From Bdellovibrionota bacterium FG-2 (lineage in GTDB: Bacteria > Bdellovibrionota > UBA1018): a stretch of 55,642 nucleotides of DNA. This document shows positions 9,385-17,226 of the stretch, piece after piece (positions within the stretch are counted from its first letter, which is position 1; each line of letters opens with the position of its first letter). Location of the stretch: assembly GCA_051382305.1 (NCBI GenBank), contig JBBCAV010000131.1, positions 1 through 55,642 on the forward strand, written 5' to 3'. The position numbers and the translations under genes are program-made. The notes beneath the pieces were generated by a model. The model was given only the letters and a program-made list of their open reading frames with translations. It searched no databases and was not told where the DNA came from.

Positions 9385-10701
9385 TCACGCTGCCTTGTCT
9401 TGTTGCGCAGCAGGCAGCGTCACACTTGAAACCCCAAAACGCTGCTCCAACGCCACGATTCTCGCCTCAGTATTGGGATGGACCTTCGCACGCATATGAA
9501 GCCGTCCCAAAGTCTTGACGTGCCGACCTTGAAAATTCAGAAGATCTAGCTTACGAAGCGCATTAACCAAATCATTGGAATTAGCGCCCAGCTTCTCTAC
9601 CGCATAGCGATCCGCTTCTTGTTCAAACTGAAGATTCTTTTGGCCCAAGAAACGAAAACACACAAAAAATGAACCCATCGCAATGAGGCCACCCCAGAGA
9701 AACGACGAGCCTGACCGAGTGACAAGAAACACGAGAAGATTCAGTGCAATTGACGCAAAAGCTAGACTCAAAATCAACGCGACGGAAAAGAGCAGTCTCC
9801 GTCTTAAGTGCCGAAGGGCTATGTGAGCGGCTTCGTGATCAATCACGGCTCGCAACTCATCGCCATTTAAGACTCCAATAAGAGTTTTGGAGACAAGAAG
9901 AAGGGGACGAAAAATCCACCGCCCCCACGAAAACCCGGCGACAAGCGCGGTCGCACTATCCATCCGATCAAGATCAAAAATACGAAGCTCGGGCCGCGCT
10001 AGCTTCGCTTTAGAAAAAGTATCGTTCACCGCGCTCGAAACGACCGCTTCTTCACCCTGCTCTGAGGGCACCTTTATAGGGAGCGTTTTGCGCAAGAAAA
10101 AAGGCGCCAACGCAAAGTTCACAAAGAGCCCGCCGCCAATTCCAAAAATCCCGCCTAGGATTACTAGGATCAAAGTCACCTCGCGTCCAGCCTGAACCCA
10201 CACGGCCAACCCCAAAGCAACTCGGACCGACAATAACATGACGCCCAGATAAATCACGGCTCCGAACGCCGCGCCCATAAAAACTTTTGTGGCAAGCCCG
10301 AACGCTAAAGTAGGGCGCGCACTGCGGAGAGCCCCGGAAGCCTGCGACCCCTTTGTTTCAAAGCGCTTCTCCAGCCTAGCCTGGATCCAGCCTTGTCCCA
10401 AGACCGCTGCGAGGAACAAAAGATTGGCCGAAACAGGAAACACCTTGCGCACCTCGCCTGTTCCTAGAAAAAGGACAAACTGAAACAGTAGAACGCAAAA
10501 GCCGGTCAAACGAACACGCTGAAGCTCATGATCCTTATCATACTCCGGCTCGCCTTCGGGCGCGCCTTTGCCCTCTCGTCCCAGCTGCTCCAGATAGCGC
10601 CCAAAATAGTCGGCCCAAAGTGCGAACAAGACAACCGGAATGGCCGTCAAAATCGCGACACCCCTCATTGCAATTTGTGGATCAAGTGCGTCCAGTTCCA
10701 T
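9385..10701 (-). CDS. M48-family membrane zinc metalloprotease
   Basis: Multiple TM segments, ELRAVIDHEAAH (HExxH), EQEADRYA, HPNTEARI. Confidence 0.88.
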   Translation of the reverse strand: MELDALDPQIAMRGVAILTAIPVVLFALWADYFGRYLEQLGREGKGAPEGEPEYDKDHELQRVRLTGFCVLLFQFVLFLGTGEVRKVFPVSANLLFLAAVLGQGWIQARLEKRFETKGSQASGALRSARPTLAFGLATKVFMGAAFGAVIYLGVMLLSVRVALGLAVWVQAGREVTLILVILGGIFGIGGGLFVNFALAPFFLRKTLPIKVPSEQGEEAVVSSAVNDTFSKAKLARPELRIFDLDRMDSATALVAGFSWGRWIFRPLLLVSKTLIGVLNGDELRAVIDHEAAHIALRHLRRRLLFSVALILSLAFASIALNLLVFLVTRSGSSFLWGGLIAMGSFFVCFRFLGQKNLQFEQEADRYAVEKLGANSNDLVNALRKLDLLNFQGRHVKTLGRLHMRAKVHPNTEARIVALEQRFGVSSVTLPAAQQDKAA

Positions 10702-10708
10702 ACCTATG

Positions 10709-10735
10709 TCTTCGGCAAGACTCTCCGAAATATGA
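10709..10735 (-). promoter_or_regulatory. Possible sigma28-type promoter for the M48 gene
   Basis: Minus strand TCAT-N15-GCCGAAGA, 7 nt before the ATG. Confidence 0.5.
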
Positions 10736-10761
10736 AGGGGAAAAGCAGCTCAAAATAAGTC

Positions 10762-10788
10762 TAAAGACAGTTAGTTAAATTCCGAAGA
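10762..10788 (+). promoter_or_regulatory. Possible sigma28-type promoter for the motor-like operon
   Basis: TAAA-N15-TCCGAAGA. Confidence 0.5.
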
Positions 10789-10832
10789 GCTTACTGGGGA
10801 AGGAGACTCGGGTCTCTCACCACGGACATATA

Positions 10833-11927
10833 ATGGACTTTTATAAGAAAACAAAGAGCGCAGTCGGTGTATCACTCAGAATCCTTCTTGGATTGAGCGG
10901 GCTCATGTCCACAGGGCATGCCGCCGATAAGCCTCCTGAGCGCAACTTTTATGAGGTATTGGACGATCTAATGTCTGACTTTGAATATGACCTGAAAAAC
11001 GGAAACGTCTCGGGCATGCGAGACCTCTCCATTCGAAATGTGGGCATGAGCGAAAACATCCCCGCTTCATTCAAGCCCCATCTTGAACTTCTCGTCACCG
11101 AGAAGATCATGAAGAATATGAAAACACGGGTTATTCAATGCCTGCCTTGTCGCGCGAAGCGCACAACACTTAATGGCGATCAAGTCGTCATTACTTCTCC
11201 CGAAACCAACCCTTCGGAGCTCGCACGAATTGCAAAACTTTCAGGAATTCAAAATTTTCTCGACATCTCGTTTTCCTATCAACCCAACGGTCTGATCCTA
11301 TCGATGTATGTCTCAGAGCCCGAATCAGGCTCCATCGTTTGGTCGCGAAGTTACAACTCCGAGACCTCACGCGCCTCGGCGTTTAGAAGAGGCGTTGACT
11401 ACTCGCAAGTCGACGACGCCCGCAAGTTCACCGAATATGTCCCCGGCATTCAGTATCGACTGACCATCTACTACTTCTTTGAACCCAATGTTCCCAAAAC
11501 CACCGGTTGTCTCGGGGGCGGACTCAGGATGATGGAACGCTATGATAATCGGAAGAAAGAAGTCGGCTTCGAATTTGACTACATTAAGGATGCCTCGACA
11601 CTTGTCAACTCTGCTGCGGCTACCACCGCAAATTTATGGTCGGGAATCAATGTTACCCTTCTCTTTATGCACTCCTGGAACCTTATTGGAGATGAGGAAA
11701 ACTTTAACAAAGTTCGAAGTAATATCTTTTTAGGCATCGGAGGTACTTATACCTCCGGCTTTTTGGGCGGCTTAGGACGAGGCGGTTTTGAATGGCGCCT
11801 AGGCAAACACTTTGCGGTGTCTGCCAACGTAGGCTATCGGCCGGAGTCCACCGTGTTTATTCCACTTTCAACGGGATCAACAGTCAAGGGGGGCGAGTAC
11901 GGTTTAGGGATTGGGTATCTTTTTTAG
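10833..11927 (+). CDS. Exported protein: CsgG/FlgO/LpoB-like N-domain plus C-terminal outer-membrane beta-barrel
   Basis: Leader ending GHA; alpha/beta pattern ending LILSMYVSEPESGSIVWSRSY; alternating Gly/aromatic strands ending YGLGIGYLF. Fold assignment by eye. Confidence 0.6.
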   Translation: MDFYKKTKSAVGVSLRILLGLSGLMSTGHAADKPPERNFYEVLDDLMSDFEYDLKNGNVSGMRDLSIRNVGMSENIPASFKPHLELLVTEKIMKNMKTRVIQCLPCRAKRTTLNGDQVVITSPETNPSELARIAKLSGIQNFLDISFSYQPNGLILSMYVSEPESGSIVWSRSYNSETSRASAFRRGVDYSQVDDARKFTEYVPGIQYRLTIYYFFEPNVPKTTGCLGGGLRMMERYDNRKKEVGFEFDYIKDASTLVNSAAATTANLWSGINVTLLFMHSWNLIGDEENFNKVRSNIFLGIGGTYTSGFLGGLGRGGFEWRLGKHFAVSANVGYRPESTVFIPLSTGSTVKGGEYGLGIGYLF

Positions 11928-11946
11928 ATTTTTTAGGGAGGCTTGA

Positions 11947-12741
11947 GTGCAAACAGGTTTGAGGATTGCAGCATTGATCATCGCGGTGAGTATGAGCGGG
12001 GCTTCTTGTAGCACGCTTCGCTCGCTCTTTGCGTTGGACAGTGGAAAGAAGCAAGCCTCGGCTCCCATTGAAAATCCATTTGGAGAATATTACCCGGGCG
12101 CCCAAGCAGAGCTACATCAAAACATGATCCTTCGAACTAAAAAGGGGGATCGCTCAATCGAACTTGAACTTCCGAAGAGCCACCAGGAGATGTCCGATTT
12201 AGTGATTCCGGTAAATCCTGCATTTAACGACGGAAGAAGCGCCGCCTTTTCCAGTTCTATCAGCCCCTCTACGGTAACCGGTCCAGAAATGTCCACCGAT
12301 GGGTTGATTGACGAAAGCTATCGCGCGCGCGCGCCCGGCCTGAGCGATCGGGAACTGACACAAGCCATGCCCACTAATCTTGCAGAAGACGACGCCAAGA
12401 GAAGAGAAGTTGAACAAAGCATGGGACTCGTGCCTTCGGATACGGGAGTGCCCGTAAGGGAGAACAGTTATCTCGCGGCCATTGATCACATCAAACAACT
12501 TTATAAATATGGTCGAATTGAAGCGGCGCTTCTGGAACTTGATGAACTTCTCCGACTCTACCAAACGGATCCAAAACTTTACTCCATGAGGGGGACGCTG
12601 CTTGATCGGCTTGGAAAGTCGGAACTTGCACTTAAGTCATGGAACCAATCCCTACGATTCGATCCCTCTAACAATGGTCTCAAACAATTCATTGAACGCC
12701 GACAACAACGCACACCGGCAGGGGGGACTGGGGTAAAATGA
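11947..12741 (+). CDS. TPR-containing lipoprotein
   Basis: Lipobox-like GASC; TPR pattern LYSMRGTLLDRLGKSELALKSWNQSLRFDPSN. Confidence 0.85.
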   Translation: MQTGLRIAALIIAVSMSGASCSTLRSLFALDSGKKQASAPIENPFGEYYPGAQAELHQNMILRTKKGDRSIELELPKSHQEMSDLVIPVNPAFNDGRSAAFSSSISPSTVTGPEMSTDGLIDESYRARAPGLSDRELTQAMPTNLAEDDAKRREVEQSMGLVPSDTGVPVRENSYLAAIDHIKQLYKYGRIEAALLELDELLRLYQTDPKLYSMRGTLLDRLGKSELALKSWNQSLRFDPSNNGLKQFIERRQQRTPAGGTGVK

Positions 12742-15089
12742 CAAAACTCAAAACCCTCTTCACCATTGCTCTCGTAACTCTAACGACGCTCGCACTTTCA
12801 ACGGCTGCAAGCGCGGGCCCCGGGAAGTTTAATGCCGCCGAGATTACCCGCACGACGACGGAAAACCAAATTCGCAATTTGCTTGAGCCCCTCTTGGCCA
12901 AATACTGTAGAGATGAATGCAAACTCCTTTCCGTATCCGCGACTGTAGATGTCGCCGTGCCCGAAGAACTCGCCCCCGGTTTTGATGACCTCACGCCCGC
13001 CAATACGCTTTCTCTTGCGGCCTCTTCTGCACGCGTGAAGATTCTTGTGGACGAAAAGGTTGGTCCCGTTTCTCGTGGGCGACTCGTCGATATGATTCAG
13101 CAGTATTTGGACACGCTCGAATTTCAGGTGAAGCTCGATGTCCAATACAAACCCTTTCCCCAGCCTTTCGGTTCCGACGCCAAGATCTCAGACCTCAGGG
13201 ACCGAGTTTCCAAACAATTTAGGAATACGATCCAAGAGATTTTTCAGCAGTTCTGCCCGGATAACTGCCTCCTAGGGGACTTCAACCTCAAGGCCGAAGC
13301 AGTCAACGCCGAAGAAGCCCAGTTTGGGTCGTCTACCGAATTTGTACAAGACGGAGCCTTGGCTCTGAAAATTCGCGAGATATCCGCCACACTCATTTTA
13401 GACGAAGAGCTCCCACCCGAAGAACGCGCCAACATTTTAGAATTAGCCAAACTCAAAACGAACTACCTCAAAAACGTCACGCTTAACGCCATGCCGATTA
13501 AGTTCCCCCGGCCCGACAAGACGGCTATTTCGGGCGCGAGAGAGAAAGCACTGCAGGCCAAGCAAAAAACTTCCGAGAGCAATAGCGCAAGCACGACTGC
13601 AAAGACCGAAAACAACGCAAACACCAATGCGAGCACGACCGCAAAGACCGAGAACATCAGCAATAACAATAATAACGAGAAGAACGAGAGATCAGAGGTC
13701 ATCAAGAGAACCGAAATCATCGAGCGGGTAGAAAATGGCGATGCCTTAAAAGAAGAATTTAAGCAAATGCGGGTCTTTGGTCTCATCTTCGCGTGCTCCG
13801 TTATTTCACTTCTTCTCTTCCTGGCGGTGGCGGGCTTTCGCCCTCGCACCTCTTCTGGTCCCAGCGGGGGCTCTGTCCATCGCGTGATTCAAAGCCTCGC
13901 GGCAGATCCGATTTCTTCAAACGCGCCATCGACCTATCGCGCCCCAGATCCAGTTGCACCCCACGAAGAGCTGCGCGTCCCCGCGCTCTCCAAACGTTAT
14001 GAAATTGAACGCCTTGTCGAAGAACTAACGGCTATCTTTGCCCAGCAACCGAAGGTTGCCAAACAAGTTTTCACACGCATCCTGACCGAGGAGGGCATCG
14101 AGACTACGGCCGAGTACATTCATATTTTTGGCGAAGGCATTGTGCTAGACATGGTTCGAGACCCCAGCCTTCAAACCGATGTCATTGGTTTGATGGAGTT
14201 CTACTCGAAGAACACCATCGAAATCACCGATGATGAAAAACTTGAACTTCTACGAAAACTCCATAACCGAACCATTGCCGGGAAACTCACGGTCCTTGGT
14301 AACCGCTCCTCGTCCATGTTTGATTTTCTTACAGAGATGGATGGACCCCAAATTATTGAAATGCTTCGTGGTGAATCTGACACCTTGAAGTCGATCGTCC
14401 TTACGCAATGCGATCCCCAAAAGCGTGCAGCAGTCTATGCCCAACTTGATGATAAGACGCGACTCAAACTTCTCACTGAACTTTCTCGAATTGACTATCT
14501 GCCGAAGGACTTTATCTACAATGTGGCCAGCGCCTTGAAACGCAAACGTCGCGACAATCCAAGACTCAACACCGAAGCACTCCCTGGGTCTGAAGTCCTC
14601 GTGGGACTCTTGGAGAGAACGAGCGCCGAAATGCAGCGTACCGTAATTCGAAATCTTGAAATGGCCAGTCCGGAAAGTGCACGGACAGTGAAGAGTAAGC
14701 TTGTCAGTATTGAAACGCTGCGTTTCTTACGAGACAGTCAACTCCTCGAGGTGGTCCTCAATCTCAAGCACGACGAACTCTTGATCTTTTTGAAGGGTGC
14801 CTCGGCTGAAGTTCGCAACGCCGTATTTTCAAAATCACCTAAAGAACTTGTTTTTGAGCTTGAAGAGGAGCTCGGCGGACTTGGCACAATTAGCCGCGAA
14901 GACTATCAAGGCGTTGAACGCAAGATTCTCAATCGCATGAAGATGATGGCAACGGAGGGGCTAGTAAACCTTGTCGAAACCAATGACCGACTCTTCTCAG
15001 AAACAAAGGGGGGTTCGGGGTTTGTTGAGGCGGGTCCAAACGCAGGAGGCCGTGGTGCGCAATCAGGCTCTTCACGGAAGGTCGCATGA
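12738..15089 (+). CDS. Membrane-anchored FliG-domain protein (FliF-like periplasmic repeats + TM + FliG N/M/C)
   Basis: Signal peptide ...AASA; two ~116-aa repeats with CxxxC; TM aa 346-367; FliG-M-like FDFLTEMDGPQIIEML...; FliG-C-like LLIFLKGASAEVRNAVF...KILNRMKMMATEGLVNL. Confidence 0.8.
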   Translation: MTKLKTLFTIALVTLTTLALSTAASAGPGKFNAAEITRTTTENQIRNLLEPLLAKYCRDECKLLSVSATVDVAVPEELAPGFDDLTPANTLSLAASSARVKILVDEKVGPVSRGRLVDMIQQYLDTLEFQVKLDVQYKPFPQPFGSDAKISDLRDRVSKQFRNTIQEIFQQFCPDNCLLGDFNLKAEAVNAEEAQFGSSTEFVQDGALALKIREISATLILDEELPPEERANILELAKLKTNYLKNVTLNAMPIKFPRPDKTAISGAREKALQAKQKTSESNSASTTAKTENNANTNASTTAKTENISNNNNNEKNERSEVIKRTEIIERVENGDALKEEFKQMRVFGLIFACSVISLLLFLAVAGFRPRTSSGPSGGSVHRVIQSLAADPISSNAPSTYRAPDPVAPHEELRVPALSKRYEIERLVEELTAIFAQQPKVAKQVFTRILTEEGIETTAEYIHIFGEGIVLDMVRDPSLQTDVIGLMEFYSKNTIEITDDEKLELLRKLHNRTIAGKLTVLGNRSSSMFDFLTEMDGPQIIEMLRGESDTLKSIVLTQCDPQKRAAVYAQLDDKTRLKLLTELSRIDYLPKDFIYNVASALKRKRRDNPRLNTEALPGSEVLVGLLERTSAEMQRTVIRNLEMASPESARTVKSKLVSIETLRFLRDSQLLEVVLNLKHDELLIFLKGASAEVRNAVFSKSPKELVFELEEELGGLGTISREDYQGVERKILNRMKMMATEGLVNLVETNDRLFSETKGGSGFVEAGPNAGGRGAQSGSSRKVA

Positions 15090-15607
15090 ACCCCGTCACG
15101 CCGCTCACAGCAAGAATCAAGCCCTCCGTTTCGGTTTTGAAAAATATTCGACTCTTGAAAGTCTTTAGCGATCAGGAACTCTCCAGCCTCATTCAACACG
15201 GAGAAGGCATGGCCTGCGAAGCTTATAATAACATAGTAATCGAAGGCGAAATGACCTGGGGCCTGTATCTCATCTTGGATGGCATGGTCGGCGTCTACAA
15301 ACGAAACAAACTTACCGGCGTGGACTACGATGTCGGACAATTGCGAACCGGCAACTTCTTCGGAGAAATGTCTCTCGTCGACGAATACCCGCGCTCTGCC
15401 ACCGTACGAGCGCTATCGGATTGCCAACTTTTTTCGATAACAAAAGAAGGTTTTCAACAATTCCTTTCGAAGAATCCGAGCTCAAAATCCAAATTTTTTG
15501 AGAGTTGCGTAGAGACCCTGGTCCACCGACTTCGGGAGTTGGACGAGAACTACGTCATTAGTCAATACCAGCTTTGGAAAACAGCGCTCAAAAAGGAGGC
15601 GGCTTAA
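15086..15607 (+). CDS. Stand-alone cyclic-nucleotide-binding domain protein
   Basis: GNFFGEMSLVDEYPRSATVRA phosphate-binding cassette; no HTH. Confidence 0.92.
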   Translation: MNPVTPLTARIKPSVSVLKNIRLLKVFSDQELSSLIQHGEGMACEAYNNIVIEGEMTWGLYLILDGMVGVYKRNKLTGVDYDVGQLRTGNFFGEMSLVDEYPRSATVRALSDCQLFSITKEGFQQFLSKNPSSKSKFFESCVETLVHRLRELDENYVISQYQLWKTALKKEAA

Positions 15608-15608
15608 C

Positions 15609-16391
15609 ATGAACTTTTCATCCCTTTTTGGACTTAGCTTTGGCGCTTACATCATGTACTACGCGCTCAGTAGCTCCGGACCGGGCCTTTCGACCTTTCT
15701 TGATCTTCATGGTTTCATGATTGTTTTCGGGGGAACAGCGGCCGCAGCGAGCATTAGTTTTCCGTTTGGCAAAGTACTGTCCCTGATCAAAGTCTTTATC
15801 CTGCGCGTCCTAGGCCGCTATAAGGCCGATTACCAAGGCGTGATTACCCAGCTCTTGGAGCTTAATAAGAAGGCGAGTTCCGGTGTGACCGGGTTAGGCG
15901 AAGCACTGCCCGGGATCAAAAACGAATTCCTCAAAGAAGCAGTGGGGCTTGTCTCCTCCGGTGTGCTGACGGAGGTCGAAATTCGCGCAGCCTTGGAACA
16001 ACGACTTAAGACGGTAGAAGCGCTTTTTATGAAGGAAGCAAATATGTTCCGCACTATCGGGCGCTTTCCTCCTGCCTTTGGACTGCTCGCGACCACCCTG
16101 GGGATGATCAGCGTTTTGCAGCAGATGGGGCAACCCGAAGCGCAGAAACTCATCGGTCCCGCGATGTCTATCGGATTGATTGGAACTTTGTACGGGATCA
16201 CGCTAGCGAATATGGTGTTTCTCCCGATTGCCGAGAATTTGTCCGAGCGCACTCACGAAGAAGTTATGTTGCGAAAGGTTATTATCGAAGGGGCGTTGAT
16301 GCTCAAGGCGCAAGTTAATCCGATTTCGATGAGAGAGAATTTGAATTCGTTCTTGTTGCCTAAGGACCGAGTGGTTCGAAAAGCCGCTTAA
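15609..16391 (+). CDS. motA: MotA/PomA-family stator protein
   Basis: MIVFGGT, FPPAFGLLATTLGMI, GTLYGITLANMVFLPIA, QVNP. Confidence 0.93.
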   Translation: MNFSSLFGLSFGAYIMYYALSSSGPGLSTFLDLHGFMIVFGGTAAAASISFPFGKVLSLIKVFILRVLGRYKADYQGVITQLLELNKKASSGVTGLGEALPGIKNEFLKEAVGLVSSGVLTEVEIRAALEQRLKTVEALFMKEANMFRTIGRFPPAFGLLATTLGMISVLQQMGQPEAQKLIGPAMSIGLIGTLYGITLANMVFLPIAENLSERTHEEVMLRKVIIEGALMLKAQVNPISMRENLNSFLLPKDRVVRKAA

Positions 16392-16403
16392 GAGGAGAGA
16401 ACC

Positions 16404-17180
16404 GTGTCTGTCGCCAAGTCATTTTTGAAGCTAGTCAAGAAGGGAGAAGCGCGAATTGAGCGCCGGCGCAGCAACGACGTGCCGGAGCAAGCAGCAGACG
16501 ATGAATCGAATTGGCTCGTATCCTATGCAGACATGATGACTTTGCTTTGTGGCTTCTTTATCATGATGTTCAGCATGTCCAAACTCGATGCGCCCCAGTT
16601 TGAGCCTGTGCGAGAGGCCGTAGCAAAGCAGTTTGGCGGAGATTTCAAATCCCCTACCAAAGCGTTGGCCAAGTTTGTGTCACAAGTGCTTGACCAAAAC
16701 GGAACGGACAAACAAGCCATTCTGAAATCTGATCCGTATGGCGTGACAATTGTTTTCAAATCGACCGTATTTTTTGACAGCATGGGTGCAGACATGAGAC
16801 CCGAAGGACGCGCGGTGCTCGTGAAACTCGTTGAGTCTCTCGCATCTCGTCAAGAGATGGAGATGAAGAAATATAAGATCGTGGTCGAGGGTCACACCGA
16901 TAGCCGGCCCGTCGTCAGTGGTCCTTACCCTTCCAATTGGGAACTTTCAGCTTCAAGAGCGTCAAAAGTCTTACGCCTGTTTCTTGATCGCGGCTTTTCG
17001 CCTTCACCCCTCACCGCCATAGGCTATGCGGATAGCCACCCGATTGCTGACGCACGACTTCCAACTGGTGAACTGAACGAAGACGCAATGAACCAGAACC
17101 GACGAGTTGTCGTACGCGTTTTGGAACCAAAAGTGGACGCGATTCCCATGCCAGATGGGCCGGCAACTACTGCCCATTGA
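16404..17180 (+). CDS. motB: MotB/PomB-family stator protein
   Basis: WLVSYADMMTLL with the conserved Asp; OmpA-like domain EGHTD, SNWELSASRA, GYADSHP, NRRV. Confidence 0.95.
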   Translation: MSVAKSFLKLVKKGEARIERRRSNDVPEQAADDESNWLVSYADMMTLLCGFFIMMFSMSKLDAPQFEPVREAVAKQFGGDFKSPTKALAKFVSQVLDQNGTDKQAILKSDPYGVTIVFKSTVFFDSMGADMRPEGRAVLVKLVESLASRQEMEMKKYKIVVEGHTDSRPVVSGPYPSNWELSASRASKVLRLFLDRGFSPSPLTAIGYADSHPIADARLPTGELNEDAMNQNRRVVVRVLEPKVDAIPMPDGPATTAH

Positions 17181-17226
17181 CGGCGCGAGGAATTCCCTAG
17201 AAACTTATGATTGGGGGAACCGTGTC

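Noticed and set aside
15609-17180. Zorya (ZorAB) anti-phage system
   Set aside because: MotA has no long cytoplasmic tail, no ZorC/D/E-like genes are adjacent, and a FliG-like partner is present.
15609-17180. ExbBD/TolQR/Agl gliding-type motor
   Set aside because: The B subunit has the MotB WxxxYAD helix and an OmpA-like domain, not an ExbD/TolR domain.
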